From Oopsacas minuta (taxonomy: Eukaryota; Animalia; Porifera), in NCBI GenBank assembly GCA_024704765.1, contig JAKMXF010000255.1, positions 62,001 through 126,000 on the forward strand: a stretch of DNA of 64,000 bases, given 5' to 3'. This document shows positions 9,603-23,077 of the stretch, piece after piece (within the stretch, counting starts at the first letter, position 1; each line of letters opens with the position of its first letter). The position numbers were made by a program, and so were the translations under genes. The notes under the pieces were generated by a model. The model made no database searches. It was not told the origin of the DNA and saw only the letters and a program-made list of their open reading frames with translations.

Positions 9603-12230
9603 ATGAGTATTAGACCAGCAGACCTGAATAATTTCCTATCCAGTAGAAGCTACATAGAGGGGTATGTACCTTCTCAAGCTGATATAGCAGTAATAGAACA
9701 TATAGGCAGCGATTGTTCGGATCCGTCTCTCATACACCTAATACGATGGCAACGTCATATCGGATCTTATTCCAAGAATGATCAGTTAGCTTTCCCTGGT
9801 ATTAAGAAGGTAATGTTTTAAATTTAATGTAATTTATTCACTTGAAATAATTATAATTCTCACATTGAAACTTTGGTAGAGTACAATTAGCTAAACAAAT
9901 ACTGAAATACATACACTAATTACTGATATATGAAAAGTATATATTTACGAGTTGTTTGTCAGAAAGCTAGGAGGTTACATTCCTGGTTCTCATGAGCTAC
10001 GATAATTCTATTCTTCTTGTCAATAGCTATTCCATAGAGATGATAGAACTTCTGATCTCCTGGTAGCATATCACTACTGATAGTGTGTAGGACTTCTCCT
10101 TTATTGGAGAATATCTTGATTTGATTTCCTCCGCTACCCCAATCGGCTACGATAATATTCCCCAGTTGATCAATTGAGAAGAAATAACTGTAACCTATCT
10201 CACTTTTTTCTATCAAACACCTCACTAGCTTTCCTTCTAGAGAGAATATTTGTAGATGGAAATGAGGATAGCAACCAAACATGACATACATGTTATCCTC
10301 GTACAGTTTTATGCTCTCTGTTTCTGTATCGGATTTAACTTGAGTAGTTTTGAGTTTGATTCTTTTCAGGAATTTGAGATTTTTATCAAACACAATTACT
10401 GATTTGTTATAAAGCTCACATCCATAAACATTCATGTTTCTATCAATATCAATTCCACAGACTCTTCTCTCTGTTTTAACCGATTTGATAGAATCATTGC
10501 TTGACTTTTCTATCTTTACTAGCTCGCCTATAGTAGATACGAAAATGAATTCATTCATTAGAGCTATTCCAACAGGCAATTGAGGTGTTGGTATTTTGTA
10601 GAGATGGTTACCTTCTCTATCGAATACTTGTATTATGTTAGCGCTATAATCAGCAACAAATATATTCTGTGTTTCGTTGTCAATTGCTATTTGCATTGGA
10701 TTAGCAATCTCACCAGAACCTGTTCCTTCTCGGGACCAGACAGGACACAATTTAACAGAATAATCAACTGGGATTATAGGTCTCTCCTTCAGTGCCACAA
10801 CCTTACACAAATCAATCACTGATTGTTCCAGCTGTTCCATCTTCCAGTCCAACTCGACCCACCCCACATTCACACTCCTTGCTACCTCCTCTCTGATCTC
10901 ATCTTCTATCGTTCGTAGATTCTTCTCGAGTACTTTCCTCAATTTGTTCCTTGTCAAGTCTCTTTCTAGTCCTTCTCTAGCTGTGTACAGTTCCTGGAGG
11001 AGCTCTCTCTTCTCATTGAACTCTTGTCTCGCTCTCATAACAACCTCATCCATCTCTTGTAACAGACTGTGCTCCCTCACTACCAACAGAGAGTGTAACT
11101 GCTGGAAGTTACTACTCACTTTCTCTTTCTCTATCTGCACGTGGTTAGTCAGATCTGTTAGATTCCTCTCTAACTCATTTACACACATCAGTTCTCCTAC
11201 AGCTGCTACTCGTGTCGCCATAACTCTTAACTCAAACGTATATTTTACTGATATTTTAGATTAGAAATTACTATATTTACGTTAAAACTATATTCATATT
11301 ATATAAAATCTAACTAGATTATTATATCAAATTACCACTATCAATATCCTACATAACACTACGTAAATCACATAATTATATCCTATGCTAACACTGTATC
11401 CCCTCGCTAATCCGAACAGCACTGTTCCGATTGCAGAATAATTCGTTCGATTAGTGAGCATTAGAATTATAAGAATACTATAGAATCTATGAGTAAATTT
11501 TCAAAAGTTGTACATATGATCAAAAGGTTGCCAAAACGTGTATTATGTTATTATGTATTTGTCCGCAGTAGAATTGTATCCAATAAGTTACTGTACATTT
11601 GTACTTCAGTATGGTGCTATTATTTAATTAGATTTATCTGTTTACTGTAGGATGTGAGTAAGTATGGTATCAGTCCCGTAGGTGGTAAGGATGTTGCAGA
11701 AGGAGGAGATGTTGACGATGACTTCGATCTGTTTGGAGATGATGATCCAGAGGAAGTTAAGAAGCAACAAGACGAATTGAAACAGAAACTGTAAATTTAA
11801 TTTTATTATTACAATCAACTCCCGTGATAATTACTTTGATATAAGCGGGTATTTCGCTATATCTGCGTTCGATATAACAGGAGTTGACTGTATGTAAAAT
11901 ATTTAACAACTATTCTTTAGGATAAGAGAGGCAGAAGAGAGACAAAAGAAGAAATTAGCAGAAGCTAGATCTACAATAGTTATGGAAGTTAAGCCTTATG
12001 ATGACGATACAGATATGGGAGAAATCGAAAAGCTTGTGAGAGTTGTACAGATGGATGGATTAAAATGGGGGAAATCTCAACTCATACCTGTTGCATATGG
12101 TCTCAATAGTCTACAGATAACAGCTGTTATTTACGATGAAAAGGTGTCAACTGAAGATCTATGTGAAGATATTGAGAAGAATGAGATCATACAGAGTGCT
12201 GATGTTGTATCGTTCCAGAAGTTTAGCTAA
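9603..12230 (+). CDS. EEF1B2: Elongation factor 1-beta
   Basis: Exons 9603-9809, 11651-11790 and 11921-12230 splice in phase: N-terminal LNNFLSSRSYIEGYVPSQAD, acidic DDDFDLFGDDD, GEF domain EVKPYDDDTDM...GLKWGKSQLIPVAYG. Confidence 0.93.
9959..11221 (-). CDS. Coiled-coil + NHL-repeat beta-propeller protein (TRIM-like, no RING/B-box), intronless, nested in EEF1B intron 1
   Basis: N-terminal coiled coil followed by NHL-type repeats (GEIANPMQIAIDNETQNIFVAD, FFSIDQLGNIIVADW, GIAIDKKNRIIVA). Confidence 0.85.
   Translation of the reverse strand: MATRVAAVGELMCVNELERNLTDLTNHVQIEKEKVSSNFQQLHSLLVVREHSLLQEMDEVVMRARQEFNEKRELLQELYTAREGLERDLTRNKLRKVLEKNLRTIEDEIREEVARSVNVGWVELDWKMEQLEQSVIDLCKVVALKERPIIPVDYSVKLCPVWSREGTGSGEIANPMQIAIDNETQNIFVADYSANIIQVFDREGNHLYKIPTPQLPVGIALMNEFIFVSTIGELVKIEKSSNDSIKSVKTERRVCGIDIDRNMNVYGCELYNKSVIVFDKNLKFLKRIKLKTTQVKSDTETESIKLYEDNMYVMFGCYPHFHLQIFSLEGKLVRCLIEKSEIGYSYFFSIDQLGNIIVADWGSGGNQIKIFSNKGEVLHTISSDMLPGDQKFYHLYGIAIDKKNRIIVAHENQECNLLAF
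11812..11890. mobile_element. MITE family A (Tc1/mariner-pogo type), short copy
   Basis: TA|caatcaactcccgt...cgatataacaggagttgactg|TA; terminal inverted repeats with TA target duplication, inside EEF1B intron 2. Confidence 0.75.
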
Positions 12231-12311
12231 TAACCTTAGAATAGTATTAGAGTTAAGTAGAATAGAGATTTTAGTGATATTAGTCAATAGTCAATTATAT
12301 ATCTTTCTATA

Positions 12312-12413
12312 CAGTTAACTCCCGTTATATCTAAGCTCAAGGGACCGGAATAATTACTTCGATATACGCGGGTTATTTCGCTATATCCACGTTTTATATA
12401 ATGGGAGTTAATC
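12312..12413. mobile_element. MITE family A copy
   Basis: TA|cagttaactcccgttatatctaagctcaagggaccg...tatataatgggagttaatc. Confidence 0.7.
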
Positions 12414-12467
12414 AATATCCCATCAAACAAATTCTCAATAATTCACGTAATACATTAGCATAATGCA

Positions 12468-15400
12468 ATGATAAGTACAAACACTGTTACTTCAAGTTCA
12501 ATCAGTCTCACAGAGGATATATCCTCTAACCCTCCTCCTCACATACAGAATTGCATTGAAGAGCTCCGATCGTTAGGAGTAACTATATCTAGACACAGAC
12601 TATATAAGGAAGTTATTAAATCTCATTCGCCGAAGGTAAATATTATGAATTATCTTATTGAAATATTTTCCAATTTGTTGTAATTATTAGTTACGAAAGA
12701 AGAGACGTATAGGATTAGCATTGGATCAGTATGAAGAGATTGTGACTTACAAAGCGCAGCTAGGTGGCGTTACTCTTAATCTGCGTCTACCAAGGTTAGT
12801 AATAGCTAATTACGTAGTATACAATTAGATTCCACTGTATTTTTAGTGATTTCTAAGACAGTTTTGTTATTGTAAAATTGTGTGTAGCTTACTAGCAGAG
12901 AGCTTCTGTTACTTAGAAGATTATCTTCATGTAAAGGGAATATTCAGAAAGAGTCCAGCTGTGAGTAGATTGAGAGAACTAGAGATATCACTCGCGTCTG
13001 GAAAAAATTTATCAGAGTTACGTCCTCCTCCTCATGACGTAGCTGGTCTCGTTAAATCGTTTCTACGTTCCCTTCCTGATCCTCTCTTCTCCGAGCAGAT
13101 CGTATCCATTCTAATACAATGTCCATCTCTCATGGCTAATGAGCTCAGTGGTATACTACTAGCCTGTACACTATTGAGTCCAGCTAGTCTACACTGTCTA
13201 CAAGCTCTGTTAGCTATGCTAGCTCTTGTAGCAGAGCATCATAGTGATAACAAGATGAATGAGAATAGCTTAGCTGTAGTTATTGCTCCTACCTTGTTCT
13301 ATAATAGAAACTCACTTAAAAAGCCTTCAAAGGAGAGAGCGACAACTCAGAATATAATCCATGTAAGTAGAGTTATATACATTAATATATTGCATGTAGT
13401 TCTATGTATTATCTGTATTAGGTCATTGAAACAATGTTAAATCATCTACAAGATATGGCTATGGTGGGAATACAAGGGACAGCTGATTCAGAGAAAACGT
13501 GGAAAGAGAGGAAGAGAACTGGATCTCTATCTGGTGAGTACCCCCCTATATTATCGGTCGGTATAGTATAAATCGACTCCGCTAATATAGGATCACATTG
13601 GGACCATACCATTTTGACCTGAATAAGCGGAATAAAGGTGTTGGCTCGATTAACACTATTTGTATTGTTCTGTTTCTGGACAAGTGACTGACCGATGGCC
13701 CCGTTAAGCAGAGTCTACTTTATTTTGTTAGATTTGTTCAAAGTATTTCCAAGGAAGAATTTTAAAGTACGTATAGCTTCACAACCTTATCCAATCAGAT
13801 CCAGAGATATATACGATATACGTGAGTTATAATTGTATATTAACTGTATGGGAGATTTCTTGCTGTTATTATTAATCCATTTGGTATTAGAGAACCCTCA
13901 GATCTTGTCGGGGGAAGTATCAGAAGCCCTCCCGATTATCAAGAAGAGTGTGAGAGGGAAACGTCCCCTTGAGAAGTACAAACCTCTTCTCACAGAAGCG
14001 AAGAGGGCTAGACTTCTGGAACAGAGTGGTAACATGAAAGAGGTCATGATACGTAGACAGATTCAAATCAAAGACAGAAAACTGGTCAGAAGGAATGCTT
14101 TTCTACAGAGAAGAGGCATGCAAACAACAGGTATATCCCTCACTCATTTTAATAAATACTCATTCAAACCCACAACAATACATTTCCTCATCAAACAATA
14201 GAATAGCGTTACTATTAGATTATACATAAGTCACACTAATTGTTGTTTAATTGTTAGGCATATTTCTATTCATATATTAATAGGATCAGATGTGTATATA
14301 ACTCCTGCATCTGGTTCAACACAAGTATTACAATCAACAACAAATAACTCTCCTAAGATACCTTTTCCTTTCGAGAATATTCGTGAAAATCTAGAATTCA
14401 AATTTATATCAGAAGATAAAATATCTGAAACCGTTTTCCCATCTCCTCAGAAATTGAATTCTCAAGACTCTGTTGCTACACATCTGGACACGAGTGGCGA
14501 TATGATACGCTCAAGGACTGAAGAGAGTTTGGAATTATTCGCCTCCTCTCTGCTAGACCCTGACTCCCAAACACAAACATCTGTATTTGACTCAACTCCT
14601 AACTTACCTAAGAAGACAATGAATAAGTCTAGCTACACTCTACCTAGGCCATCCATGGCTAGAAGGATGAACCAACAACTAGGCTATTTCCAGTGTCCAG
14701 AGAATAGAGTACATATAAATGATAAAGATGTACTCCTTCCTACTTCTATCCATGAGATATATATCTCTGCTAACGGATGTTCCTCCACACCTATTGCAAT
14801 GTTAGATAGTCCCATAAGAGTTATGAGTTCTGTCCAGCAATCAGCTGATATAAATACCCTCCCTACTCAGTTTGGTACTGTACCGTTACAAAGGGTGAGT
14901 TTTTGAGTACAATAAACAGCTGATATTCTAATTTTGCCAACACTTTGCACTCTCGAAAACTATAGTTCGGTTTTATATGCTCAAAATTCAAAAATGTAGG
15001 TCAGAGTGCCTTCTTCCCAAAAATTATGTCTATGGACAATTCATCCTAGAGTTAATACACTACACTATATGACTGGTTCTTAATTAATATATTTATAGAA
15101 TATACGATTGAAAGATAACCCAGAAGCTACTCTACTTCAACTTACAACTCCTCACTACACAGAACGTCACATACAGACAGATCTACCTCCTAGAACAAGG
15201 ATCCCTTATCAACATACTCCTATTACCCCGAATGCTTCACAAGATAAATCAAATAATACTTTCTCAAATTCTGAGATTTCGGTTGATACTACAGGACTGA
15301 CTGACTCAGAGACTCCTGCTTCATTTCATAGACAAAATCCTGTAAGGAAGAGTTTTAGGAAACTTTTGAGTCCTGTCCTGCCCATGAAGAGGGAAGGAGA

Positions 15401-16551
15401 GAGAGATTCATTTGGTAAGTTTAGTTCAACGACTGAACTGGGTCCACGGACGACAGCAGGGAGTACACAGGATCGCAAATAAGTATAAGGGTACACAGGC
15501 GACCGCTGGCTAGTTTATATCGAATATTTATTATTTGTATTTAGATAAGAGTAATGAGAGGTCTAAATCCAATTCAAATCCGTCCAGTTTGAAGAGGAAC
15601 AAACCTCAGAGACGATGGAGTCTGAGAGCTATGTTTAAGTCACCTACTCCTCCCCGACCTGTCATCAACACGACCGTCATTTCTTCTCCTGTTCCAATCA
15701 AAATCCCTTTCCATCCAGTATTCACAGATAGGAACACATGCTATAGAGCAACTCCTCCCATCGTGAAGAGGCCATGTAGCAAATGCACGCCCCCTCTAGA
15801 CCGAGTAGACTATTCACCAGCTGATGCGATTGGTACAGAGGTAACTCCAAAGTTCACTGAATGGGCCGGTTCCCCGCCCTCCATAATCTCATCTGAAAAT
15901 TCAGATGGGACTTCGTACGTTGAGCATAATCCTCAGAAACAGTCTTTGTCTAAAGAGGACCCTCTCTCTGATCCCTTGCCTCCCCCTCTCCTACACAATA
16001 CTACAGCTACACCCTCTGATAATACGTCAGAGGATTTTCTAAGAGACGATTCGTTTTCTGACACTTCATTCGATACGTCACCATATTTACTAGATGAAGA
16101 ATCTCCAGTTATTCATTACCCATTTGTAGAAGCGTCAGTTTTCGCGAAACCTCACATGGGAGCGATCAAAGTCCTCCCTGACCTCCCGCCCGTCGCTCCA
16201 CTCAAACGGACCAAGTCCCCTTTTAAACCTGCTACCATGCCAAGAGGGAGTCATACCTTCCAAAGAGAATCTTCCCTCAAAGAAGTCAATCCAGAAATCG
16301 AAGTAGATTATAGACCTGTGCCTGAAATCGAGAAACATAACGTCATTATAGACAGAGAAGGTTGCTGTGTGGAGACGAAACCTCTTCCAGATGTATCAGA
16401 CTGTGTAAAGCTATTCGAAGCCATGGCTAGGCCTACTGGTGGTGTTAGACGGAACACAAAGATACGAGCGTCCTTCACATCATTTGACAATGCACGAAAT
16501 CACTCACGACTGATTAAGCGGACGAGTATGAGGGAACCTGATCGCTTTTAA
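12468..16551 (+). CDS. ARHGAP11A: Rho GTPase-activating protein 11-like, multi-exon
   Basis: GAP domain LEDYLHVKGIFRKSPAVSRL (Arg finger), HDVAGLVKSFLRSLPDPL, NKMNENSLAVVIAPTL; long low-complexity S/P/T-rich downstream exons ending at 16551. Confidence 0.75.
13566..13718. mobile_element. Degenerate pogo/Tigger-like MITE in an ARHGAP11 intron
   Basis: Left end atcgactccgctaata versus reverse complement of right end agtagactctgcttaa. Confidence 0.4.
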
Positions 16552-16567
16552 ATGTAAGAATATAATA

Positions 16568-16685
16568 CAGTAAACTCGTGTTGTAACGAAGTACTCGGCT
16601 TATTTTGTTATAAGCGGAGTAATACCGATTATTTTCAAGCTATAGGAGTAATAATCACTTCGTTATAATGGAAGTTATTCATTCT
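16568..16685. mobile_element. Degenerate pogo/Tigger-like MITE
   Basis: TA|cagtaaactcgtgttgtaacgaagt...acttcgttataatggaagtt inverted ends. Confidence 0.5.
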
Positions 16686-17622
16686 ATTCTTTTTTAGTGT
16701 TTTAATTACAAAACCTATCTCACTTTCACGGCTTATGACGAATAGACTTATCTTTACATTTGAGGAACACAGACAGAAATCGAACTTCTATCCTCTCAGC
16801 AACAGAAATAATTACAGAGCGAAAAATATTCTTTACATATTTCATAAATTGCTCTTCTTACTAATTAGTTATTTTTTGAATAATATTCGCTGTTCCTTTA
16901 TACTTATTGTATTTTATTGTCAATTGACCAATACTCATACAAGATATACTTCAGGTTAATAATCGTACTGCAGGCTAGGTAGACAGTTTACTTATTATAG
17001 AGTCATATTAAATACATGTACAGTTGGATTGTTAGATAAAATATTGGTTTACAAATTCAACAAAACTGCTTAGAGTCAATGGCGAGCAGACCTATCTCAA
17101 AACATTCAAACAATGAGTATTATCTCTGTCCACCAACTACAGGTAATATTATTGTATTCATTTATATTTATAGTGTAACCTCCAGTAAACGGTGTGCCAG
17201 GGTCGCCAAAAATGCAACCCAGTTTCTCCCGTATGTGATGGTTCTTTTTTATGGCAGTAGGAATTCTCTTTTTTACTTCATTTCCATTAGTTCCCCATTT
17301 ATAGAGATTACACTGTACTTTGATATTTCAGTGCAACTCCTTTAGGTACATGGCCTAATGGTATGGACGTTGTGTGATGTCCGTCCGTCCCCCAGTATTT
17401 AAAGAGTCATTGGTAAATAAAATACATAGACAAACAATGAACTCTTCACGAGGATACAAACAAATATTATACAATAAGACTAGCTAGTAGATTCGAAATC
17501 AGGAATATTTAATAATGTTAGGTTTAACAATATATCGCAAATAAGTCCATACATAGATCAATTATTAAAGCTGGTAAAATAATTTGAACAAAGGGATTTA
17601 CGGGTAGGTACACACAAACAGT

Positions 17623-20600
17623 TTATATCTTATCACTGCTCTTCTTAGCTCCGTTCTGTAACAACATATCCAATTCATTGGATTTACTCGTCAAACTGAG
17701 AATACTCTCACAATCTCCTTCAGAAATATCTTGCGTATCTTCTGGTGAATTCCCAGCCTGATAGCTGAGCTGTTTGATGATAACAACTCCATGATTATCG
17801 TGTCCTGTCTTCTTCAAAATATCTTTACCGTCCTCTCGGATATAAGATCCACCCCCTCCGCCACTGAATCCTCCTCCTCCTCCTATATTAAATCAAATTT
17901 CACTTTCTATGTAAATTAATTAATTAGACTATCACAGGAATGTATGGTTAAAATACCATACATTCTTAAATTATCTATATATTATCACCTGAGTATCCTC
18001 CACCCCCTCCTCCCCCTAGCGACCCGATAGCTCCTCCCCCTCCGAAGCCCCCACACTCCCCTGCATCTCCTCCATTCATGAAACATTTCCCAGTTGATGA
18101 GTTATTGAAATAACCAGCACCTCCGTATCCGTGTGAGAGATCTCTTATTACAGCGTCTTTACCATTACCTCCTTTCTTCCCTCCTATACCAATTAGAAAT
18201 ATATATCTACGTATGCTATTTGTCTATTAAACGTTTACATACCTTCAGCATAGTAACGGCCCACTCCATTCCTACCCCACTCTTCAACGCTCCCATCTTG
18301 TCCATCAGGATCATCCTCATCGTATCCTCGGGTACCACCACCCCCTCCTGCTACGATGAGGGGATTATTCCTTCCATTGACAGACACGAATGTACCTCCA
18401 CCGCCTCCACTACTAGAAGCATGTCTCTGAGACATTCCCCCACACAGAATCTCTAGTCTATCTCCTCCCTAAACATGACAGTTAAAAACTACTCCAATTC
18501 AATACATATTTCGACATAACGGGAGTTGATTGTACTTATTCTAACTCACAGACAGATAGAAGATAGCAGTTATATCAGCTCCACATCCTCCCTTAGACAT
18601 CAGTCCATCAGCTGCCTTAGCACCTCTGGTCTGTATAGCATATGTACCGTCTATTGGTATAGAAATATCCACAATCTCACCTACATAATGTATATCATGG
18701 ATACAGTTAAGGAGATAGGAATGCATAGAAATATACCTGTATAACCTATTTCTAGAGGAAAGTCGTGGAAAGATCCATCAATATACTCTGACCATACTCC
18801 CCAGCCAGCAGCATTCTCTGATCGTGCTCTGAACTTGTATCTAGCTCCAGGACAGAGTCCATCAATACGTGCCTGACCCCCTCTAGCCGCATCCATAGAG
18901 AAAGAACAGGTCTGAGACTCTGCGAGCAAAACTTCTACTGACCCCCTATTGATCGAAGGAACGAATTCTCTCTCAATCTCATATCTTGTCACCTTACAGT
19001 CTGGAGGATCCCACTCCAAATAGAATAATCCCTTCTTGTGTACGCATACTATATTGGTTGGGACAGGTCCACCACCTACAGCTCCTATTTACAAGACAAA
19101 TAATATAAACTTAACATGTAACACTATCTCCTTATCCAGTGGAAACACACCTAAATCATCTAACTGCTTCAGGAAGGCTTCATCCATCATGACAGGTATA
19201 CCAGGTTGTACTAGTGTTCTGAGATGACTAGAGTTCTCCTCGCTAAGCACACGCTCTATAGCTTGAATAGCACTATCACTGTTTGGTAGGAATTCTGGTG
19301 GTTTCTTTTGTAGTAGTATATTAGCCATGTCGTTACTACTAGCTATGCTAGATGCTGAGATAGCTAGTTGCTGTTGTTGGTTCTGTAGACGTTCTAACCG
19401 GATACTGTACTCTTGTTCCACGGCATTCATCAACACTGCTCGGCGCCGTTGTAATGCTGACTATAGATAGAATTACATAAACATCAGCTGTGACCAAGTT
19501 CGTATGCGAATTTATACTTATTTTTATAAAATTTAAAATAATTAACTCACTTCATATTTCGCGATATCATCTCGTATCGTTTTCAGTGCAGCGTCCGCAG
19601 AAGGTCTCAGATCAGCTAAAATATCCTGCATCTCGTGTCTAGCTCTCTGTACACGAGATGTGTATATCCCTAGCCTCTGTAGTAAGAAGTGTAGCTTTGC
19701 TCTTCGTCGCTAAACAATAAGTATCAAATTAACTAACATAACTGTCAATTTATTATTTAATTACCTTTACTGCATCTGACAAAGGCTCTGGCGTAATATT
19801 AAGTAGGGAGTCTTCTTGTGAATTCATACAATGCTGACATAGAAACAGATTAGTATTAGAATCAAAGAAATCTGCTTTAAACCCGTGTATAGAACAAGTT
19901 ATATCCGAAGGAGAATTGCTACTCATATCTGTGATTAGTATAGGGTTGTGTGTTCTAGCTATTGCACTAGGTCTATCATGTTCATCTACAGAGCATTCTT
20001 CACATAGTTTAAAACCTGTAATTAAAAATAAACCTCGGTATATATGAATGACATCACATACCATTAGGGCCACATAGACTGCAAAACATGATAGCCTCTC
20101 TTTGGCTGCAGGACTGACAGATAAGTAGAGTCTGTACAGGGAGGTTATCTGAGGCGTCTACTAGTGCATAGTTTATAGGAAGTCCAGACAACAGGTTGTT
20201 AGGGAGAGCTGTTATTTTCCGACAAGCTGGACACTCTATAGTATTATGTGCGACTAATTGTGTAAGACATTTTGAACAGAAAGTATGTCCACAGCCTAAT
20301 ACACGAGGTTGTTTATCATTCATGCCAGAGAACATCTCTGAACATACATTGCATTCCAAGTTTGGTAGCGAGTTCTTCTCAAGGCCAGCATCTAAAGAAG
20401 TTGATATTAATGAATACACGTAATTATATAGAGTTTAAACTTACATATTTTAAAACTTACCGCCAATAGATCTGTACGATCCAAAGTCATAAGAGTGTTC
20501 TTTACGTAGAGTAGCAGAGGGGTCAGATATATTGATGCTACCATCTGTGTTGATTGAGATAGGAGAACTCTTACTGGGAAAGTTTGATGCTACCATCCTT

Positions 20601-21527
20601 GTTACGTTAGGTTCACAACCCTATAACATAATAATAATAATAATAATAGATTGAGGTATTAATTAGAAATTCAACCCATCTGTGTTATGTCTATACCTCC
20701 TGCTTAATCTAATTATATTCTATTACAATTCATTCTCGGACATTTCCTACACATTCTGCCATAAGGCACAAACTAGAATGACTTTGAAAATATTATTTAG
20801 TAAATAGCAAGGTCAGATTTTGTCCAATTTTTACCAAAAAACAACTTGCTAATATGCGAACTCCACGGCGGTTAGTATATTATAAGAAAAATAAATATAA
20901 CTCACTCTGTATTCACTACCATTGAGAGATCCATCAGTACGAGTTGTCGTGGATACTGTAATTAGTCCGTTAGTGAGTACTAATGGGGGGATGGGGTTGC
21001 TGGTGGGCGGGATAGGGTGTGTGAATTCGAACAGCTGATTAGGAGGGTGAGGTAGCGAGGTGGAGAGTATCGGGGTTGAGTGTACAAGTTGGGGATTGGA
21101 AATTAGATGAGAATGAACCAAATTAGTGGGAGGAAGTTGTACAGGATGTAAGAGGGGGTTAGCCGGGATCTGAGAGACTAAGCTAGGCATAGTAGTCGGT
21201 ATTAACGGATCCACGACCCCGTAATGGTTTAGATTAAGACCTGGTGATAACTGCATCTCTGACTCTGAAATGCTTGTTACCTGTTAGAAGAAATCAATAT
21301 TCTTAGCTTATATAGTCAATCTCTGGGCCTATAGGTGTTCATACATTACAAACTAATGTTAGAATTGTGTTCCGACATTCCTGCGTATATTTCAATCGAT
21401 TTACAAGTCACAAATGAACTCGATGCTATTTACTGTCTATATATACTTATACTGGAGTAGCTCTTATAGTAATGGAAATTGCAGGAATGTAGTTATCTGG
21501 TAATGTGTACAAAGAAATATGACCCAT
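17623..21527 (-). CDS. TRIM protein: Pro-rich N-terminus, RING, two B-boxes, coiled coil, FN3, C-terminal ALK/LTK-like glycine-rich domain
   Basis: RING CNVC...CGHTFCSKC...CPAC; B-box1 CQSC...FCSLC...LCEECSVDEH; B-box2 CSIH...LCQHC; coiled-coil exons; FN3 LEWDPP...GLCPGARYKFRARSENAAGWG; glycine-rich exons. Phase-consistent exons include 21527-21453, 20620-20461 and 20391 onward. The 5'-most exons are less certain. Confidence 0.8.
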
Positions 21528-22157
21528 CAAATTATCTGTAACTGCTAAAGGCTACCACTAAACTTAGCTGAGTTGTACTGCGTATTATTGGTCTGTTATA
21601 AGACAATACATTACAGGTGTAATGATAGAAGTTACGGTTTCAGACAGATTTCAGAGAGGGATTGAGGGTTTTCAGACACTAAACGTCCTCTCAGGCTATT
21701 TATACTTTCATAGTTTTGAAATCATAAATGCAGAGATTGAATATTTAAACCATGTAAAGCTCAACAAAATCTCTCTCGTATATTTCCAATTTACAGCTAT
21801 AAGTTATGTGAATATGCTGTCAGATTCTCAAATGAATCTAACCAGCTGACAAGCATAGGATGATGTATGAACGGATAATGTTGCCATATATTTATGTAAC
21901 TAGTAGAGCTAAGAGAGATACTCCTGACTGATGTGAAGGATAAACTTTTGTGAGTTCGAACCGAACCTTTTAAATAATAGATTCTATGGGTGGGATGGAG
22001 TGATTATGTTAAGAGGCCAAAGGCTTAGCATTCTCTGGCCTCAATGGCCTTGTTTTGCAGAAAGCCTCAGTAAATACCGTCCAGATATAACAGTAATCAG
22101 GTGACTATCATTATAATCGTAAATAGAAAACCAGAAATTAGATTTTTTAGAGGTGTG

Positions 22158-22283
22158 TCACGAAGTAACCTATCTCCTGAAGTAAAGTGTCCCTGAGGGC
22201 AAATTACTTCGAAGTAATTTGTAACCAATGAAGGAATGTGTGTTCCTTTTCTTTAGATTACTTCAGGGATTGGTACTTCGTGA
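22158..22283. repeat. Foldback inverted-repeat element with central perfect 22-bp palindrome
   Basis: tcacgaagtaacctatctcctgaagtaa ... ttacttcagggattggtacttcgtga; the centre caaattacttcgaagtaatttg (22200-22221) is self-complementary. Confidence 0.7.
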
Positions 22284-22925
22284 TGGCAGAAATTATGTAA
22301 ATTAAATCACGAGTAAAAAGCTATTATCTACAATTCAGGGAAACCCTTCTGTCTGCTATGAAATCAAATAACCTAGCTGAACATTTTCGTGCGGCTAAAT
22401 ATCCATCAATAATTGTCAGAAATAAAATAATCTCACCAAATTCGGCTGTGTGGTAGCGTGCTGCTGTTGTGGGATTGAAAGAATCGCTGGGTTTGATATT
22501 CTTCTCTGATTTTGTGCAATAAGATGAGCTTGTGGTAAATTAGTCTCTTCCAAGTGTAGAGCCATCCTATTTCTCTAAATTCTATTATAACCGCTAATAA
22601 TATGTATTTTTCTAAGAAACTCTAGAATTTGAAGGAGCCATATTGCTAAGGCCTAATTAGATTTAGCTATTCACCCTATTATACGTAGCGTTTACATATG
22701 ATACACAATTATGCTGATGTTTGTCACGCAGTAATCATGACCTACTTAACCCACTCAATTATCTATTGAGCGAAGTGATAATTGCCTGCAATAAACAAAC
22801 AAATAAACAAATAGAAATCAAATGTCAGAAGATATTTGAGTTGAATAATGATAAATTCTAAATCAGAATTATTGCTTTTTAACCATGGATTTGTTATAGA
22901 GACTTCTGAGTTTAAGTACTTATGA

Positions 22926-23077
22926 TGGCCCGTTCAAACGTGCGTAACGCAAATTCTCGAATTTTTTTGACTCCCTCCTCTCACTGCTGCGTCACAATAC
23001 GAAAAGAATGAGGTGTCACACTTTGCTATCAACTCCCTCCCCTTGGTAGCCTTACTTAATTTCCGTTTGAATGGCCC
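22926..23077. mobile_element. MITE-like element with ~14-bp terminal inverted repeats
   Basis: ggcccgttcaaacg ... cgtttgaatggccc. Confidence 0.5.

Noticed and set aside
10580-11264. Plus-strand ORFs 10580-10822 and 10944-11264, and minus-strand ORF 48495-48971
   Set aside because: Antisense shadows of the NHL genes; their mutual similarity just reflects the paralogy.
17345-17400. tRNA A-box-like TGGCCTAATGG at 17351-17361
   Set aside because: No B-box or cloverleaf follows; cannot support a tRNA or SINE call.
20532-20597. 14-bp direct repeat (ttgatgctaccatc) around a potential 30-nt GT-AG micro-intron in the TRIM gene
   Set aside because: The segment is in frame and stop-free, so no intron is needed; probably a small coding duplication.
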